Positions 30,449 through 39,017 of a stretch of DNA of 64,000 nt are shown piece after piece (positions within the stretch are counted from its first letter, which is position 1; each line of letters opens with the position of its first letter). The stretch comes from Candidatus Methanomethylophilaceae archaeon (GTDB lineage: Archaea > Thermoplasmatota > Thermoplasmata > Methanomassiliicoccales > Methanomethylophilaceae), in contig CAVIIW010000008.1 in NCBI GenBank assembly GCA_963643255.1, positions 8,553 to 72,552 on the forward strand. The letters run 5' to 3'. Below the pieces are notes generated by a model. It was not told where the DNA came from, did no database searches, and worked only from the letters and a program-made list of their open reading frames with translations. The translations under genes and the position numbers were made by a program.

Positions 30449-30709
30449 ATGCTGGATACGGTCGAGGAAATCAAAGGGCTCAGTGTCTACGGTCCGGACG
30501 GAGTTTACATCGGAAAAGTAGAGGATGTAATCATCGATCCGTCCATAAGAGCGCTGACGGGACTGTATATTGTGAATCCGAGTCCCGTAAAAGCAGCCAA
30601 CAATGTTCTTCTGAAAGTACCTTACAGATGGGTACAGTCGGTCGGAGATATTGTAATTCTGAAAACATTCCCGAAGTATGTGGACTCGGCGGGAAAGATA
30701 GTCATTTGA
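30449..30709 (+). CDS. Small PRC-barrel domain protein
   Basis: 86 aa with IKGLSVYGPDGVYIGKVEDVIIDPSIRALTGLYI, a PRC-barrel pattern. Confidence 0.6.
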   Translation: MLDTVEEIKGLSVYGPDGVYIGKVEDVIIDPSIRALTGLYIVNPSPVKAANNVLLKVPYRWVQSVGDIVILKTFPKYVDSAGKIVI

Positions 30710-31367
30710 TTATCTTGCCGCAGGGTCCTTTCAGAACAGGATGTCTTCCGAGTTCGAGAACAATCGAATCCAAATCTTCACCGTAAAGTTCGGAAAGTTC
30801 GTTATGAAGTTTTTCGATTCTGTCTGCGCCGCGTAAAGCGCCTTTCATAACAAGTTTATCCACGGAATGAGCGTGCATGATGACTTCGTCATCGCTCACC
30901 ATGTTATCGGAATGAGCGACGATTTTCTCTTCGATTGTCGAAGGCATATAGTCTCCGGGAGGAAGGCCCATTTCCTTCACGTCTTCGTCATCCAATCCGG
31001 CACCGGTGTGTTTTCTTATAATTTCGACAATTTCCTGAGGTAATCCGCGTTCCTCGGCGATACGTGCGCCTATGGTCGCATGCATTATCGAATGTTCCAC
31101 GGAACGGCCTACGTCATGCAGAAGAGCACCTGCGATAACGAGGTCTCTGTCACAGTCGATACGGTCCGCCATGCGTTCCGCCACAGCCCTTACGGTGCAG
31201 CAGTGGATGATAACTCTCTTGGAACATCCCGCGTTCCTGAGAATTTTTACACATTCGGAATCACTTGGGTATTTCGGCAACTCTCTTACCCCTGACGGTC
31301 GGTATGACTTTGATTTCACAGCCTTCGCGGTCGCTGTACAGTGCTTTTCCTTCGGTATAACGGTCAA
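30702..31367 (-). CDS. HD-domain metal-dependent phosphohydrolase
   Basis: The HD signature is ...IHCCTVRAVAE...GALLHDVGR...KHTGAG. The start is uncertain: the ATG at 31367 overlaps trm56 by about 107 nt, and an in-frame TTG at 31280 would shorten the overlap. Confidence 0.7.
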   Translation of the reverse strand: MTVIPKEKHCTATAKAVKSKSYRPSGVRELPKYPSDSECVKILRNAGCSKRVIIHCCTVRAVAERMADRIDCDRDLVIAGALLHDVGRSVEHSIMHATIGARIAEERGLPQEIVEIIRKHTGAGLDDEDVKEMGLPPGDYMPSTIEEKIVAHSDNMVSDDEVIMHAHSVDKLVMKGALRGADRIEKLHNELSELYGEDLDSIVLELGRHPVLKGPCGKIIK

Positions 31368-31782
31368 GGAAAATTGCCAATGCAGCTATCTCCGAATGAG
31401 GCTGATTTCCTACGGATACATTGAAATCGGCGTGCTGATAGACTTCGATCGGAACCTTCTCGGCACCGACGATGATCATGATGTCTTCATCCTTCGGAAT
31501 CTGGGGAAGAACTTCGTCCACCCTCTCACCGTACATCGTAAGGTGTACGATTTTTCCTTTGAAGTCTTTGGTCGCCTGTCTCCAGGTGACACCTGTTTTA
31601 ATGGAATAATCTCCGCCGAAACGTTCCACTACACTCCTGATGTTTTCCTCGAGTTTCGGATCTTCGGTATCGACGTAGATGCCTTTGGCTCCCAACGCCC
31701 TCGAGGATAATGCCACGTGAGTGGTAACGCGCTTGTCCCTCTCGGGACGGTGGCCTATCCTCATTATCCAAATGTCGGACAT
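31261..31782 (-). CDS. trm56: tRNA (cytidine56-2'-O)-methyltransferase (aTrm56, SPOUT)
   Basis: IWIMRIGHRPERDKRVTTHVALSSRALGA... is the archaeal Trm56 N-terminal signature. The start is taken at MSDIW (31782); the track start is 31803. Confidence 0.85.
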   Translation of the reverse strand: MSDIWIMRIGHRPERDKRVTTHVALSSRALGAKGIYVDTEDPKLEENIRSVVERFGGDYSIKTGVTWRQATKDFKGKIVHLTMYGERVDEVLPQIPKDEDIMIIVGAEKVPIEVYQHADFNVSVGNQPHSEIAALAIFLDRYTEGKALYSDREGCEIKVIPTVRGKRVAEIPK

Positions 31783-31792
31783 CTGCACACGC

Positions 31793-32293
31793 CTACTCTT
31801 CACGGATCAGTTCTATCCTGTGACCGCGGAAGTCCATTTTGACGGATCTGCGGACGAGACTCTTGAGCATCGTGGATGTCAGTCCCAGACTCTCCGCGAC
31901 ATCTCCTGAGAAGACACCGTCCTTTCCTACCGCATCGAGAATCTTCTGTTCGATAACGGAGTACTCTTCCTCGCTCATCATGGCAGCAGAGAGAACATCG
32001 CTGATCTCGTATACCGGCCACTGTGCATTAATGTGGAAAGATGTGTAGGATGTGTGGAACGATTTCTCGGGGTAATTACCGCCGGTCGATATCCAGCGAC
32101 TCTCGACGAGTTTCATTTTCTCGAAGAATATGATGGCGTCCCTTCCTTCGGGGCCGTATTTCTTCTCGATCTCGTCGGCTGTCCTCCATTCCAAGGTCAC
32201 TTCTTTCAACACATCTCTCTTCACCGGCGTGTCCACGGACCTTAACATAGGCACGAGTTCCGATGGTTCGTTGATGACCTTGATTTTATTCAT
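31793..32293 (-). CDS. Putative winged-helix DNA-binding protein
   Basis: Taken from Met MNKIKVINEPSELVPML...RDVLKEVTLEWRTADEIEKKYG, which is ArsR-like. The track ORF opens further upstream at 32389. Confidence 0.55.
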   Translation of the reverse strand: MNKIKVINEPSELVPMLRSVDTPVKRDVLKEVTLEWRTADEIEKKYGPEGRDAIIFFEKMKLVESRWISTGGNYPEKSFHTSYTSFHINAQWPVYEISDVLSAAMMSEEEYSVIEQKILDAVGKDGVFSGDVAESLGLTSTMLKSLVRRSVKMDFRGHRIELIREE

Positions 32294-32428
32294 AACTGTT
32301 AACCCTACGTTCAAGAAAATATATAAATGTTCCAAAAAATCCGAAACGTTCCGAACGTCTGGATGACGGCCGTGGGGATATGGGTGCAATCAGTGAGGTT
32401 TATTTACTACCGTACCAATCAAGGTGAC

Positions 32429-32590
32429 ATGACCGGCAAAGCAAAGGCCCCCGAGATGAGGTACCAGTGCCTTAAGTGCTACAAGACCCACAAGACGGAA
32501 GAGCAGGCGCTCAACTGCTGCGGTTCTATGATTCAGGCATGGGCCATCAACTACAACAAATGGGGAAGAGGCCACTGGTACGGAAGGTAA
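32429..32590 (+). CDS. Hypothetical small Cys-containing protein (53 aa)
   Basis: MTGKAKAPEMRYQCLKCYKTHKTEEQALNCCGS... contains CxxC plus CC. AAGGTGA lies immediately upstream of the ATG. No family was recognised. Confidence 0.35.
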   Translation: MTGKAKAPEMRYQCLKCYKTHKTEEQALNCCGSMIQAWAINYNKWGRGHWYGR

Positions 32591-32668
32591 ATCCGTACTC
32601 AATTCAAACTTCTCTTCAGGCCTTATGCGACCTGAAATTTTATTATCTTCAGTCGGCGGTATGTAAAC

Positions 32669-32974
32669 ATGGCTTCGGACAGCATGATTGAAAAACTAAT
32701 CGACGAATTGGATCTTTTGGAAAGACACATTCTGATGCTGAAAGTGACAAAAGAAAACCAACCTATCGGAATTATCCGTCTGTCTGAAATTCTCGATATA
32801 CCGAAACATAAGGTAAGATATTCTCTCAGACTGTTGGAACAGGAAGGTCTGATCGCTCCTTCCGCGGAAGGCGCTACCGTTACGGATAAGTACGAACAGT
32901 ATCTTAAAGACGTTTCCGAGAGTCTTGAAGATATTGTCGATATGGTCAACAGGCTGAAAAGAGAACTGCCGTAA
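32669..32974 (+). CDS. Winged-helix DNA-binding protein
   Basis: 101 aa with ...IGIIRLSEILDIPKHKVRYSLRLLEQEGLI..., a wHTH pattern. Confidence 0.6.
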   Translation: MASDSMIEKLIDELDLLERHILMLKVTKENQPIGIIRLSEILDIPKHKVRYSLRLLEQEGLIAPSAEGATVTDKYEQYLKDVSESLEDIVDMVNRLKRELP

Positions 32975-33015
32975 GCATAATGCTTTAATACCTGTCCTCC
33001 ATTGCGAGAAATACT

Positions 33016-33091
33016 GCCGTTGTAGCTCAGTAGGTAGAGCGTGTGACTGTTAATCACAAGGTCCAAGGTTCGATCCCTTGCAACGGCGCCA
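33016..33091 (+). tRNA. tRNA-Asn (anticodon GTT), CCA encoded
   Basis: GCCGTTGTAGCTCAGTAGGTAGAGCGTGTGACTGTTAATCACAAGGTCCAAGGTTCGATCCCTTGCAACGGCGCCA folds into a cloverleaf by hand with anticodon loop CTGTTAA. Confidence 0.93.
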
Positions 33092-33132
33092 TACTTCTGT
33101 CATTTTGTTTCCGGAGAGCGTAAGCTTTCGGT

Positions 33133-33570
33133 TTATTTTCCGATATTAAGTGCCATCGGTATGTGCGGAATGCCGTCTTCCTGAAATTCATCACCGATCT
33201 GTACGAAACCTGAGTTTTCGTAGAGTTTACGTGCGTAAGTCTGCGCGTCCAATGTAATGCGTTTTGCGTTGAGTTTTTCTTTTGAAAATTTAACTGCGGA
33301 TCTGAGGATTTCCGTGCCTAATCCGCAGTGACGTTTCACTGAGGTTACTCTTCCGAATGATACTTCGTCACTGTCTTTCGGAAGAATTCTCAAATATGCT
33401 TCGATTCCGTTTTCATCCTGCAGCCACATGTGATAACAGTGTGTGTCGATGTCGTCCACTTCCTGATATGCGCACTTCTGTTCCACAACGAAGACCGAAA
33501 CTCTTAATCTGTAGATTCCGAAGAGTTCTTCGGCTGTGAGTTCTGTGAAGTGTTTTACGCATAGTTCCAT
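33133..33570 (-). CDS. GNAT acetyltransferase, ElaA-like
   Basis: From Met MELCVKHFTELTAEELFGIYRLRVSVFVVEQKCAYQEVDD..., a typical ElaA-family N-terminus, with the GNAT core RHCGLGTEIL. Confidence 0.8.
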   Translation of the reverse strand: MELCVKHFTELTAEELFGIYRLRVSVFVVEQKCAYQEVDDIDTHCYHMWLQDENGIEAYLRILPKDSDEVSFGRVTSVKRHCGLGTEILRSAVKFSKEKLNAKRITLDAQTYARKLYENSGFVQIGDEFQEDGIPHIPMALNIGK

Positions 33571-33679
33571 GGTATCTTTTCCCGGGATCGGACGGTTTTG
33601 ATTCGAAAATATAAACACAGCGATATCACAACTTCGGCTACCTCATCCCGTTAAATACGCTAAAGTTAATAGCATTCAT

Positions 33680-33988
33680 ATGGAGGCAGAACACAGGGAT
33701 TTGACAATTGACGAAATTCGCCACATAGTTAAACCAATCGCTGAAGAATACGGTATGAAGAAAGTATTCCTTTTTGGTTCTCGCGCCCGCGGAGATTACC
33801 GTCCGGATAGTGATTATGATTTTTTGATAGTGGCGCCGAGTGACTGCACATTATTCACACTTGGCGGATTTTTTACGGATCTTAAAGAGGCATTAGGTTC
33901 AGAGATTGATGTCGTTTGCAAAAACGGATTACACAAAGATTTTGCTGATACAATTTCGAAGGATGTGAGGGTCGTTTATGAATCCTAA
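33680..33988 (+). CDS. mntA: MNT-type nucleotidyltransferase (type VII TA antitoxin)
   Basis: The minimal nucleotidyltransferase motif is FLFGSRARGDYRPDSDYDFLI. The protein is 102 aa and overlaps the following HepT gene. Confidence 0.85.
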   Translation: MEAEHRDLTIDEIRHIVKPIAEEYGMKKVFLFGSRARGDYRPDSDYDFLIVAPSDCTLFTLGGFFTDLKEALGSEIDVVCKNGLHKDFADTISKDVRVVYES

Positions 33989-34346
33989 TGCCGCCACAGA
34001 TTTGAGAAAACTAACAATAATGCTGGAAAACTGCGACATTATTGCAGACATCATTGAACGTACTGGTGGTGATGAAGATGCTTTTCTTGAAGACAAAGTA
34101 TATCAAGCCTCAGCAGCATTTTGTCTTCAGCGTATCGGACAAATGGCCAAAGAGCTGTCTCCTGAGCTTACGTCTGCGTATATGGACCACAAATATTGGA
34201 AAAATATCAAAGGAACACGCGACATTATGGCACACCAATATCATAATGTACAGCAAGAATTCCAATGGAATACAATCACCGATGACATCCCTCCGCTTAG
34301 AGAACTCCTCGTTACGATGATTGCAGATGTTAAATCGAAAGAATAG
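33978..34346 (+). CDS. hepT: HepT/DUF86 HEPN toxin
   Basis: The HEPN Rx4H motif lies in ...GTRDIMAHQYHNV. The protein is 122 aa and is paired with the MNT gene. Confidence 0.85.
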   Translation: MNPNAATDLRKLTIMLENCDIIADIIERTGGDEDAFLEDKVYQASAAFCLQRIGQMAKELSPELTSAYMDHKYWKNIKGTRDIMAHQYHNVQQEFQWNTITDDIPPLRELLVTMIADVKSKE

Positions 34347-34347
34347 G

Positions 34348-34373
34348 GCAGATACTTTCGAAGAGATATCTGC
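34348..34373. terminator. Hairpin between convergent hepT and the MazG-like gene
   Basis: gcagata...tatctgc forms a 7-bp stem around a 12-nt loop. It fills the 29-nt gap between the two stop codons. Confidence 0.35.
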
Positions 34374-34375
34374 GC

Positions 34376-34678
34376 CTAATTTCCCATATCAAGAACCGCT
34401 CCCGTTTTGAAAGAACCTCTTTCTTCTCTCTTACGGGCATTTTCTTTCAGAAGATCGTCTCTGGTATAACCGAGATACTCTGCGAATGAAAACAATACTT
34501 CCATTACATCCGCCAATTCCTCAAGGTTACGTGCATCCTTGAATTCGGCAACTTCTTCATCCAATTTGTCAGTGAGAAGTTTCGTGTACTCCGAACCGTC
34601 CGCAATTCTGTATTTACATTCTTTCCCGCTGGATTTGATAATCTCAGGTATTCTATCGCGAACGAGTTTTTCTGCCAT
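34376..34678 (-). CDS. MazG-like all-alpha NTP pyrophosphohydrolase (house-cleaning type, COG4997-like)
   Basis: MAEKLVRDRIPEIIKSSG...KLDEEVAEF...EELADVMEVL...KREERGSF matches my memory of this family pattern. The protein is 100 aa and lies 33 nt downstream of the helicase gene on the same strand. Confidence 0.7.
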   Translation of the reverse strand: MAEKLVRDRIPEIIKSSGKECKYRIADGSEYTKLLTDKLDEEVAEFKDARNLEELADVMEVLFSFAEYLGYTRDDLLKENARKREERGSFKTGAVLDMGN

Positions 34679-34711
34679 ATTCCGAACGTACGGGCAGAAC
34701 GGATAAACAAT

Positions 34712-37074
34712 TTACTGTTTCGAAATGTAGCGGGATCTTCTGAATTCCGCCACACGGTAGTTTACCGCGTCAAGCACATGATTTGAGAAAACTTTCATCG
34801 GAATGAACTGTTTCATCTCTTCCGATAATAAGAATTCTCCACCCCTGTAACTGAAGAACTTTTCTCCGCCGGATTTCATGATAAAATGAATGGGATTGTC
34901 TCTTGCGAGTTTCAGCCATTTGCTGTCCGATATCTTATCATACGGCCCCAATCCCTTCAGTCCCGATATATCCGGGCGGTTGGAAGGATTGGAATAGAAT
35001 GTTTTGAATGACTGAATAATGTCGTCATCCGATGCCGCGGGATGCATTACTCCGTTTCTGAAAAACGACAGAAGCAGAGGCATCTTGTAAAGTCTGTTCA
35101 TCGCAGTTGTTTCTACAAAATGTATGAACTCCCCTGCAATTCCCGATGCAAACGCGGTTTCTATCGGTGTAGCGAGTTCATTCTTACTCAGATATCCCAG
35201 ATAATCTCTGAATACTCTGTCCCTTACTGTGTTCATACGTCCGCACAGCATTTCATCGAGGTTTGTGAAAAACTCCATCCTGGTCGGCACGTGTCCGAGT
35301 TCGACCGTTATGCGTTTGAATTCCGAATCAATCGTATCTTTAATTGCTCTGTTTCTCTCCGCGACACGTTCCATAATGTCGATGGATTCGAGATCGAAAT
35401 CTATGACACACCCGCACGGAGCATGGGCGGATATTGCCCTGGAATCCAGGGAAATATTCTCCACTCCCGTGAGAAGAGACGGAATCATATCCGCTCTGCG
35501 GTAATTTCCGATGAAATCCAATACCGTAAGGTGTGTTTTGTCTTCGGACTTTCTCAGTCCCCTGCCCAACTGCTGAATGAAAACCGTACGCGATTCGGTG
35601 GGACGGAGGAACATGACTGTATCTATGGAAGGAATATCGACCCCTTCATTGAACATATCCACGGTGAACAATACAGACACTTTTCCGTCCTCGAAATCCG
35701 AAACCGAGAGAGATCTGTCGTCATCGCCTCCGGAAACAACTGCACGTGATTCTATTCCCCTGCGCATGAAGAAAGATTTCATGAATTCGGCGTGACGTAT
35801 TCCCGAACAGAAACCGACGGCACGCTCGGAAGGATGTTTCATGTAGTGTCTGTAGATCAATTCGGCACGTGACTCGTTTATCAGTGCGGCATCGAGATCG
35901 TTGTCATTGTAACGTCCGTTGGAATACCTCAGTTCTGTGTAATCCGTATTATCGGCAATTCCGTAGTAATAAAACGGAACGAGACGTCCGAAACGGATTG
36001 CATCGGACACCCCGATTTCATACACTACATTGTAGTCGCAGAGTACGAAAACATCTCTTGCATCCATCCTTTCGGGCGTTGCCGTGAGTCCCAACATGAA
36101 TTTCGGCTTAAAATGCTCCAGTATCCTGCTGTAACTGCCCGCGGCGGCATGATGGAATTCGTCGATTACAATGTAATCAAAACGGTCGGATGCGATTTTA
36201 TCGAGAATATTTTCCTGACGAAGTGACTGCACGCTCGCAAACAGCAAATCCGCATCCGTATCCCTGTGACCGCTGTACAGAAAACCTGTGGTTTTTCCGG
36301 GATGGAACTGTCTGAATGTCTTCTCCGCCTGTTCAAGTATTTCGCGGCGGTGTGCGACAAAAAGAATCCTTTCGAATGATTGGGAATCGTATGCGGCGAT
36401 GAATGTTTTCCCGACGCCTGTCGCAGCCACAATAAGTGCCTTGTCCATACCTTCTCGCGGGTATGTTTCAATGCAAACAGAGCGGGAATCTGAGGCCCTT
36501 CAGGAGCCATAGTCTCAGAATGTTTCGGAACTATGCGGGCGGAAGGTTTCACCCATGAATCTCTGTACTCTTTGACAATTTCCGGAGTCAGTAAAACGGA
36601 ATGTTCTCCGTAAAGATATTCGAATTCACGTTCGAATGAGGAAAACGATGCAGGATCCATGCTGCGTTTCAGATTGTAATTCCATTCCACACCGTCCGTA
36701 AGAGCGGAACGGGAAAGATTCGAAGAACCGATCAGTATACGGTCGCCGTCGGGATCCGCCGTATGGATAATGTACGCCTTGGGATGGAATGATATGCCTT
36801 CATCTGAGAAAAGACGCACTTCGGCATTCTCTCCGAGAGTAAGCATTTCCTCCAATGCGAAAGGAGACGTTATCCCGAGATATGTTCCCGTGAGAATACG
36901 TACTTTGACTCCGCGTTTCAATGCCGAAATCAAAGAATCATGTATAATCGAAAGACCTGAATCTTTCAGGAAGGAGACGATAATATCAACGGATTCCGCC
37001 TCGGAAAATGCGTAATCTATAGCCTTTCCCATAGACGAATCACGATTCGTTATTGCGCCCGTACTGCCCTCCAT
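34712..37074 (-). pseudogene. PLD-nuclease / SF2 (ResIII-type) helicase / DUF3427-like gene interrupted by a single frameshift
   Basis: ORF 36166-37074 encodes a PLD domain (FHPKAYII...GSSNLSRSAL) up to ...PQIPALFALKHTREK and then reads out of frame. ORF 34712-36448 starts MDKALIVAATGVGKTF (Walker A) and carries DEFHH and helicase-C motifs plus a long C-terminal domain. Adding one G at about 36449-36452 joins them as ...ALKHTREKGMDKALIVAATGVGKT. Confidence 0.8.
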
Positions 37075-37253
37075 ACCGTTCTGACTATCGTGTAGAACGT
37101 ATTTAATAAGGGCCTTTGAATCGGAATAATGCTGTTTGCAATGTTACAGTCAGCCGTCGGATTCAATCGATTCGGTTCGAAATTGCAATATTCTGGGCAA
37201 AAAATCGAAACGACGTTATATTTATATCAGTGTTGAATTTAACCCTAACTTAC

Positions 37254-37327
37254 GGGCCTGTAGCTTAGTATGGTGGAGCGTCCGGCTCATAACCGGATGG
37301 CCGTCGGTTCAAATCCGGCTAGGCCCA
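37254..37327 (+). tRNA. tRNA with anticodon CAT (elongator Met or Ile2; not the initiator type)
   Basis: GGGCCTGTAGCTTAGTATGGTGGAGCGTCCGGCTCATAACCGGATGGCCGTCGGTTCAAATCCGGCTAGGCCCA folds into a cloverleaf by hand with anticodon loop CTCATAA. CCA is not encoded. A TATA-like ttatatttatat lies about 30 nt upstream. Confidence 0.9.
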
Positions 37328-37372
37328 CTTCTCGTTTTTGTGATTTTGTTCTGTTTAACAGCCGATTCTTTC

Positions 37373-37435
37373 GTGTTTTCTCTGCGGTCCGGTAAAACTT
37401 CTTTGAAATTTCGGTAATTTTTATAAGAATTTCAA
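37373..37435 (+). repeat. Leader repeat copy 1 (63-bp core) upstream of ATPase 1
   Basis: In my hand alignment 56 of 63 positions are identical to 38788-38850. It contains the inverted repeat TTGAAATT-N17-AATTTCAA (37403-37410 and 37428-37435) bracketing a T/A-rich, TATA-like stretch. Confidence 0.75.
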
Positions 37436-37449
37436 CGTTATGTGCACTT

Positions 37450-38676
37450 ATGCCTTCGGAGAAAATCATAACCCGCAGAAAATACCTGGAGAGAATCAGG
37501 CCGTATTATGAATCCGATTTGATCAAAGTCCTGACAGGGCCGAGAGGTTCAGGCAAAACGACAATTCTCACTGCGATTATGAATGAGATTGGTGCCGATA
37601 ACGATCATAAAATCATGATAAATTTTGAAGACATGGACTATTTTCACATCAAAAATGCATCCAATCTGAATGATTTGATCAAAGAGAAAATTAAAGACGG
37701 CAGATACTATCTTTTCTTCGACGAAATCCAACATGTGAAAGATTTCGAAAGAGCATTGGCATCATTCAGAGTGAAATACGACTGTTCGATATTCGTGACC
37801 GGCAGCAACAGCACTCTGCTTTCAGGCGAATTGGCAAGTCTTCTCGTAGGGAGAACAAAAGAATTTCTGATAATGCCGTTCAGTTACTCCGAAGCCAAGG
37901 AATACATTAAATTCCTCGGAAAAGAACCGAATGATGATTTCTTCACGGATTATCTCCGTATGGGGGGATATCCGCAGCGTTTTCAGTATGATGACGAAAC
38001 GGCAGTTAGAGAATATCTCGAAGAACTGTATGAGTCGATTATCACATCTGACATCCTGAAAAGAAACAATGAAAACGAAAAAGAGAAACTGAAAAACGTC
38101 GCATCATTCGTCCTTTCCAACAGCGGTTCAAGGTTTTCGGCACAGACTGTTGCCGATTATCTCAATAAAATACACAGATCGGAGAAATACATCTCGCTGC
38201 AGACTGTGTACAACTATCTGGAAAGGATGGAAAAAGCATTCCTGATCAAACGTGCGAGAAAGTACAGCATATCCGGAAAGGCAATTATGGATTCTTTCGT
38301 GAAGAATTACGTCCTGGATAACGGACTTTCTTTCATAAATTCAAATTCAATGGATATGAGGGACACATACTTTCTGGAGACATTGGTCTATGACGAACTG
38401 ATTTCCAGAGGATATGAGGTGTATGTCGGCGAGACATACAAGGCGGAAGTCGATTTCGTTGTCATCAAAAACGGAAAGAAATGCTTCATTCAGGTAGCTT
38501 ACCTTTTGGCGGATGAGAAAACAATCGAACGTGAATTCGGAGCGTTCTCGCCGATCAGAAGTGCGAATCCGAAATACGTTATGTCCCTGGATAAGCTGAA
38601 TATGTCGAGAGACGGGATCGTTCACTGCAATATAGTGGATTTCCTGGACGGAAAAACGGATTTGTATCTTACGTGA
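37450..38676 (+). CDS. COG1373-type AAA+ ATPase with a DUF4143 / PD-(D/E)xK-like C-terminus
   Basis: Walker A is GPRGSGKTT and Walker B is LFFDEIQHV. The C-terminal AEVDFVVIKNGKKCFIQVAY is nuclease-like. The protein is 408 aa. Confidence 0.8.
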   Translation: MPSEKIITRRKYLERIRPYYESDLIKVLTGPRGSGKTTILTAIMNEIGADNDHKIMINFEDMDYFHIKNASNLNDLIKEKIKDGRYYLFFDEIQHVKDFERALASFRVKYDCSIFVTGSNSTLLSGELASLLVGRTKEFLIMPFSYSEAKEYIKFLGKEPNDDFFTDYLRMGGYPQRFQYDDETAVREYLEELYESIITSDILKRNNENEKEKLKNVASFVLSNSGSRFSAQTVADYLNKIHRSEKYISLQTVYNYLERMEKAFLIKRARKYSISGKAIMDSFVKNYVLDNGLSFINSNSMDMRDTYFLETLVYDELISRGYEVYVGETYKAEVDFVVIKNGKKCFIQVAYLLADEKTIEREFGAFSPIRSANPKYVMSLDKLNMSRDGIVHCNIVDFLDGKTDLYLT

Positions 38677-38696
38677 AATGATATACCATTTTGATT

Positions 38697-38738
38697 TCTA
38701 TTCCGTTTTCAGTCTACATGTAGACTTAATTCGGATTA
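38697..38738. repeat. Palindrome element copy A
   Basis: The sequence is tctattccgttttcAGTCTACATGTAGACTtaattcggatta. The 16-bp perfect palindrome is at 38711-38726. Copy A matches copy B at 39 of 42 positions. Confidence 0.8.
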
Positions 38739-38787
38739 TTGCCGTTGTTTTCTGTGAAGAAATTTTGTTAGACAGTCGGTTTTTCCT

Positions 38788-38850
38788 GTGTTTTCTCTGC
38801 GGTTTGATAAAACTTCTTTGAAATTTCGATAATTTTTTTGATAATTTCAA
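38788..38850 (+). repeat. Leader repeat copy 2 (63-bp core)
   Basis: See copy 1. The same TTGAAATT-N17-AATTTCAA inverted repeat is present at 38818-38825 and 38843-38850. Confidence 0.75.
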
Positions 38851-38874
38851 AGATAATGTTTCAGTGTACGTCTG

Positions 38875-38916
38875 TCTATTCCGTTTTCAGTCTACGTGTA
38901 GACTGAATTCAGATTA
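38875..38916. repeat. Palindrome element copy B
   Basis: The sequence is tctattccgttttcAGTCTACGTGTAGACTgaattcagatta. The palindrome has one central mismatch and lies at 38889-38904. Confidence 0.8.
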
Positions 38917-39017
38917 ATGTTGCTGCAAAATAATGGAGGATGTATCGGACATGGCCGGTTTCACCGTAATTGCACCGAAATCATCAAAAAGACGGTTTCA
39001 ACATAGAATTATATGTC

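Noticed and set aside
32623-33066. 147-aa minus-strand ORF
   Set aside because: It is antisense to the wHTH gene at 32669-32974 and runs through tRNA-Asn, so it is not credible as a gene.
36166-36448. Programmed ribosomal frameshift joining the PLD and helicase ORFs
   Set aside because: No slippery heptamer or downstream structure is evident at the junction. A simple 1-nt indel (mutation or sequencing error) is the more economical explanation. It stays flagged for read-level checking.
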